Source: Chlorokybus atmophyticus
Taxonomy: Eukaryota > Plantae > Mesostigma and Chlorokybus algae
DNA length: 64,000 bases
Assembly (NCBI GenBank): GCA_009103225.1
Contig: RHPI01002503.1
Location: 1,125,076-1,189,075, forward strand
Direction of reading: 5' to 3'
Shown: positions 61,801-64,000 of the stretch, piece by piece
How the letters are laid out: every line of letters begins with the position of its first letter
Position numbering within the stretch: position 1 is the stretch's first letter
Notes under the pieces: generated by a model
Database searches by the model: none
Seen by the model: the letters and a program-made list of their open reading frames with translations, nothing else
Told to the model about the DNA's origin: nothing
Made by a program: the position numbers and the translations under genes

Positions 61801-64000
61801 CATCACGAATGCGTATGAAGGCTTTGCGTGCCACCTCCAAGTTCATGTTCTGCGGGTTGCAAAAGCATTGAGAACTAATACAATAAACATGGTGCTTTTA
61901 TTATAATACTGGTTCCCATACGCCTGTACCACTAATCAGCATTTGTGCTCACTTGTAGTGCTTCCATGGCCAATGCGCGCCAGTCTGTATCAGTGACACC
62001 CAAGCAGGCCACTTGATAAGCATTGGAGAAATCTTTGCGGTCAATGTAGCGATGAAGACTGGCTGACTGAGGGACATCAATCGTCTCCATGCAAACATAA
62101 TGCAAGCAAAAAATCTTCGATCGCTTGAAACCAACGACGAAGCCCTGAGACACCAAGTTCACATTGGAACTCTGGAGCACGTGGTACAAGTAATGACAGC
62201 ATTGAGGAGTTGAGTGCCACCATGGATGCAAAGACATTGCAACAACATGAGTCCTGTGAGGTAGTTGTATGCATGCTGTACAAGTGCCGTGTACAAACCT
62301 GCAGCTTCTGCTGATGGATTGGGAAGTCCCCAGTCTTGATGGAGAGCATGCCATTGCCAGAAAAGCAGAACATGTCCTCCATCTCCGTGTTCCACGACAC
62401 GCTGCAGAATAAGACCATCAGTTTTAGTGCATGGCCTTTAGGAACACTGGGGATGAGTCCATGTTTTTTACATCGGTCACATAAACTACATCGGTCATAA
62501 GCAAAAGCAGTAGGACTACCTGTTTGCATTTTTCTCCTCAAGCAGCAGTTCCTTGGTGGTCAGACTGTACACGACAACATTGGTGTTCTCATCAACGACC
62601 GCCAATTTCTTGCGGGATGCGCTGAGGTCCAAGCAGCGAATGGAAGCCGTGTGCTTGATGAGCGGGATGGGAAACGGGTTGTCAATGAAGATCTTCACGA
62701 TGTTGCCGTTCTTTAGCCCAACAAGCAGACCCTCTTTGCCAGCAGGTCCGCCAACAACCTGCACAAAGCAGATGTGAGTCATGCTCCGGCTGTAACGCTT
62801 CTCACGGTGACAGCCATTTCTCAAGTAGATACATGCTCACAGACACAATCAGCATCGAGATATCAGAGTTGAGCTTACCTTTATGTACCGGATGATGGAC
62901 TCCAACATCCATTCGCGCTCCTTCTGACCGTGAAAGTCCAGAAGCTGCAGTCGCTTCTCTTGGCATAGTACCATGTGATGGGACGTGACTACGAGCAGAT
63001 TGCAGTCGAGCTGCTTTTGCACCTTGGTGCTGATCTTGTACTGCAGGTCTGTTGGGTCATCTGGTTGCGCCAATGCATAGATGACTACTCTGTCTGGCAG
63101 CTGCATTGCGAGCCTATCCTTGTAGACAGAAATCTTTTTGACATAGTCTTTGCACTTGATGCGCACCTATCACCCGATTGTACAGCCAGCCAGTCGGAAA
63201 AAATACACAACAAAGGTTGTTCACGCAATAGTACAAACACATGCACACATACCTGCTGCTCTGTTATCAGATGCTGGATAACGACATCTGTCATGAAGTC
63301 CCGGTAAGCATATCTATCTTGATACAAGCCGTGAACCGTGCTGAAGATGAGCTGGTAGACAGCAATAGTGCCATCATTGCAGCCCACAGCAATGAAGTTG
63401 TGCTGAGGCCTTGGCCTACAACACCAGACCCAGTCATCCCTCTCGCAAACAGTCGTCAATTTTGTGCCTTCCTTGGTCACCAAAGAAACCTACAAAAGAA
63501 TGGCACCTGTCAGCAAGTTGTTGCACTCTGTTGACATGTAGCAACCACAGTAGCGTACATATTCCAGACTGAGCTAAGGTTTACACATCAAGAGTACAGT
63601 TTGCCACTACTTCACTGTAATGTATAGTAAATCTCAGATTCACAAGTACATGAACATCAGTGCAACGGAAGCAGTTGTTAGCACTGCAAACAAACTCGAC
63701 ATCATACTTGCACAGGTGCAGCATGCGTGAATTCTGTGACACGGATGTCAAGTTGCAGACAGAATGCCCACGCTTCTTATTACAGTAGTACCTTGCGATC
63801 GGTTCCACCAACACACAGGTACTCGCCATTGCTGAAATAGGACACGCAGCACGGGTCACCGTCAATAGGCTTGTCTTTGCCCACTTGACTGCCATTCAGC
63901 CTGTAAAACGCAAGGTTTCCATCCCAGCAGCCAACAGCCAGCACGTCATTGGCCTCATCTGCTGCGGGATTCCATTGCACCGTCCAGACCGGCGAGTTCC
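58840..64000 (-). CDS. IFT122: Intraflagellar transport protein 122 (IFT-A, WDR10); 5' part lies outside the window
   Basis: [98 protein letters not shown] last 64-nt intron (58857-58920) is followed by stop TGA at 58840-58842. Confidence 0.97.

Noticed and set aside
1-64000. tRNA, rRNA or snRNA genes
   Set aside because: No convincing T-loop/D-loop cloverleaf or rRNA signature was seen by eye; tRNAscan-SE or Infernal would be needed to exclude them.

Overview
Eukaryotic green-lineage (green algal) nuclear DNA with short spliceosomal introns (mostly about 65-200 nt) and three assembly gaps. Host genes: an EXD3/MUT-7-type 3'-5' exonuclease with an inserted YbaK/ProX tRNA-editing domain (-), an uncharacterised coiled-coil gene (+), phosphoribulokinase (-), a disabled diacylglycerol kinase (-), MYG1 (+), glutamyl-tRNA reductase HEMA (+), clathrin heavy chain (-) and the 3' part of IFT122 (-), which implies a flagellated stage. 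The main find is a 14.2-kb Plavaka/CMC-type DNA transposon (30857-45068; short CGTCGCAA TIRs, 2-bp CA TSD). It carries five intron-containing genes: the transposase, a predicted zinc-finger/OTU-deubiquitinase/RING fusion, a Cys-rich Tudor protein and two orphans. Its promoter regions all share dense GTAC-motif clusters, and a 1.47-kb non-autonomous relative lies at 15135-16599. Two solo LTRs with 5-bp TSDs and two decayed Penelope-like RT remnants are also present. All domain calls are by-eye motif recognition; no database searches were run.
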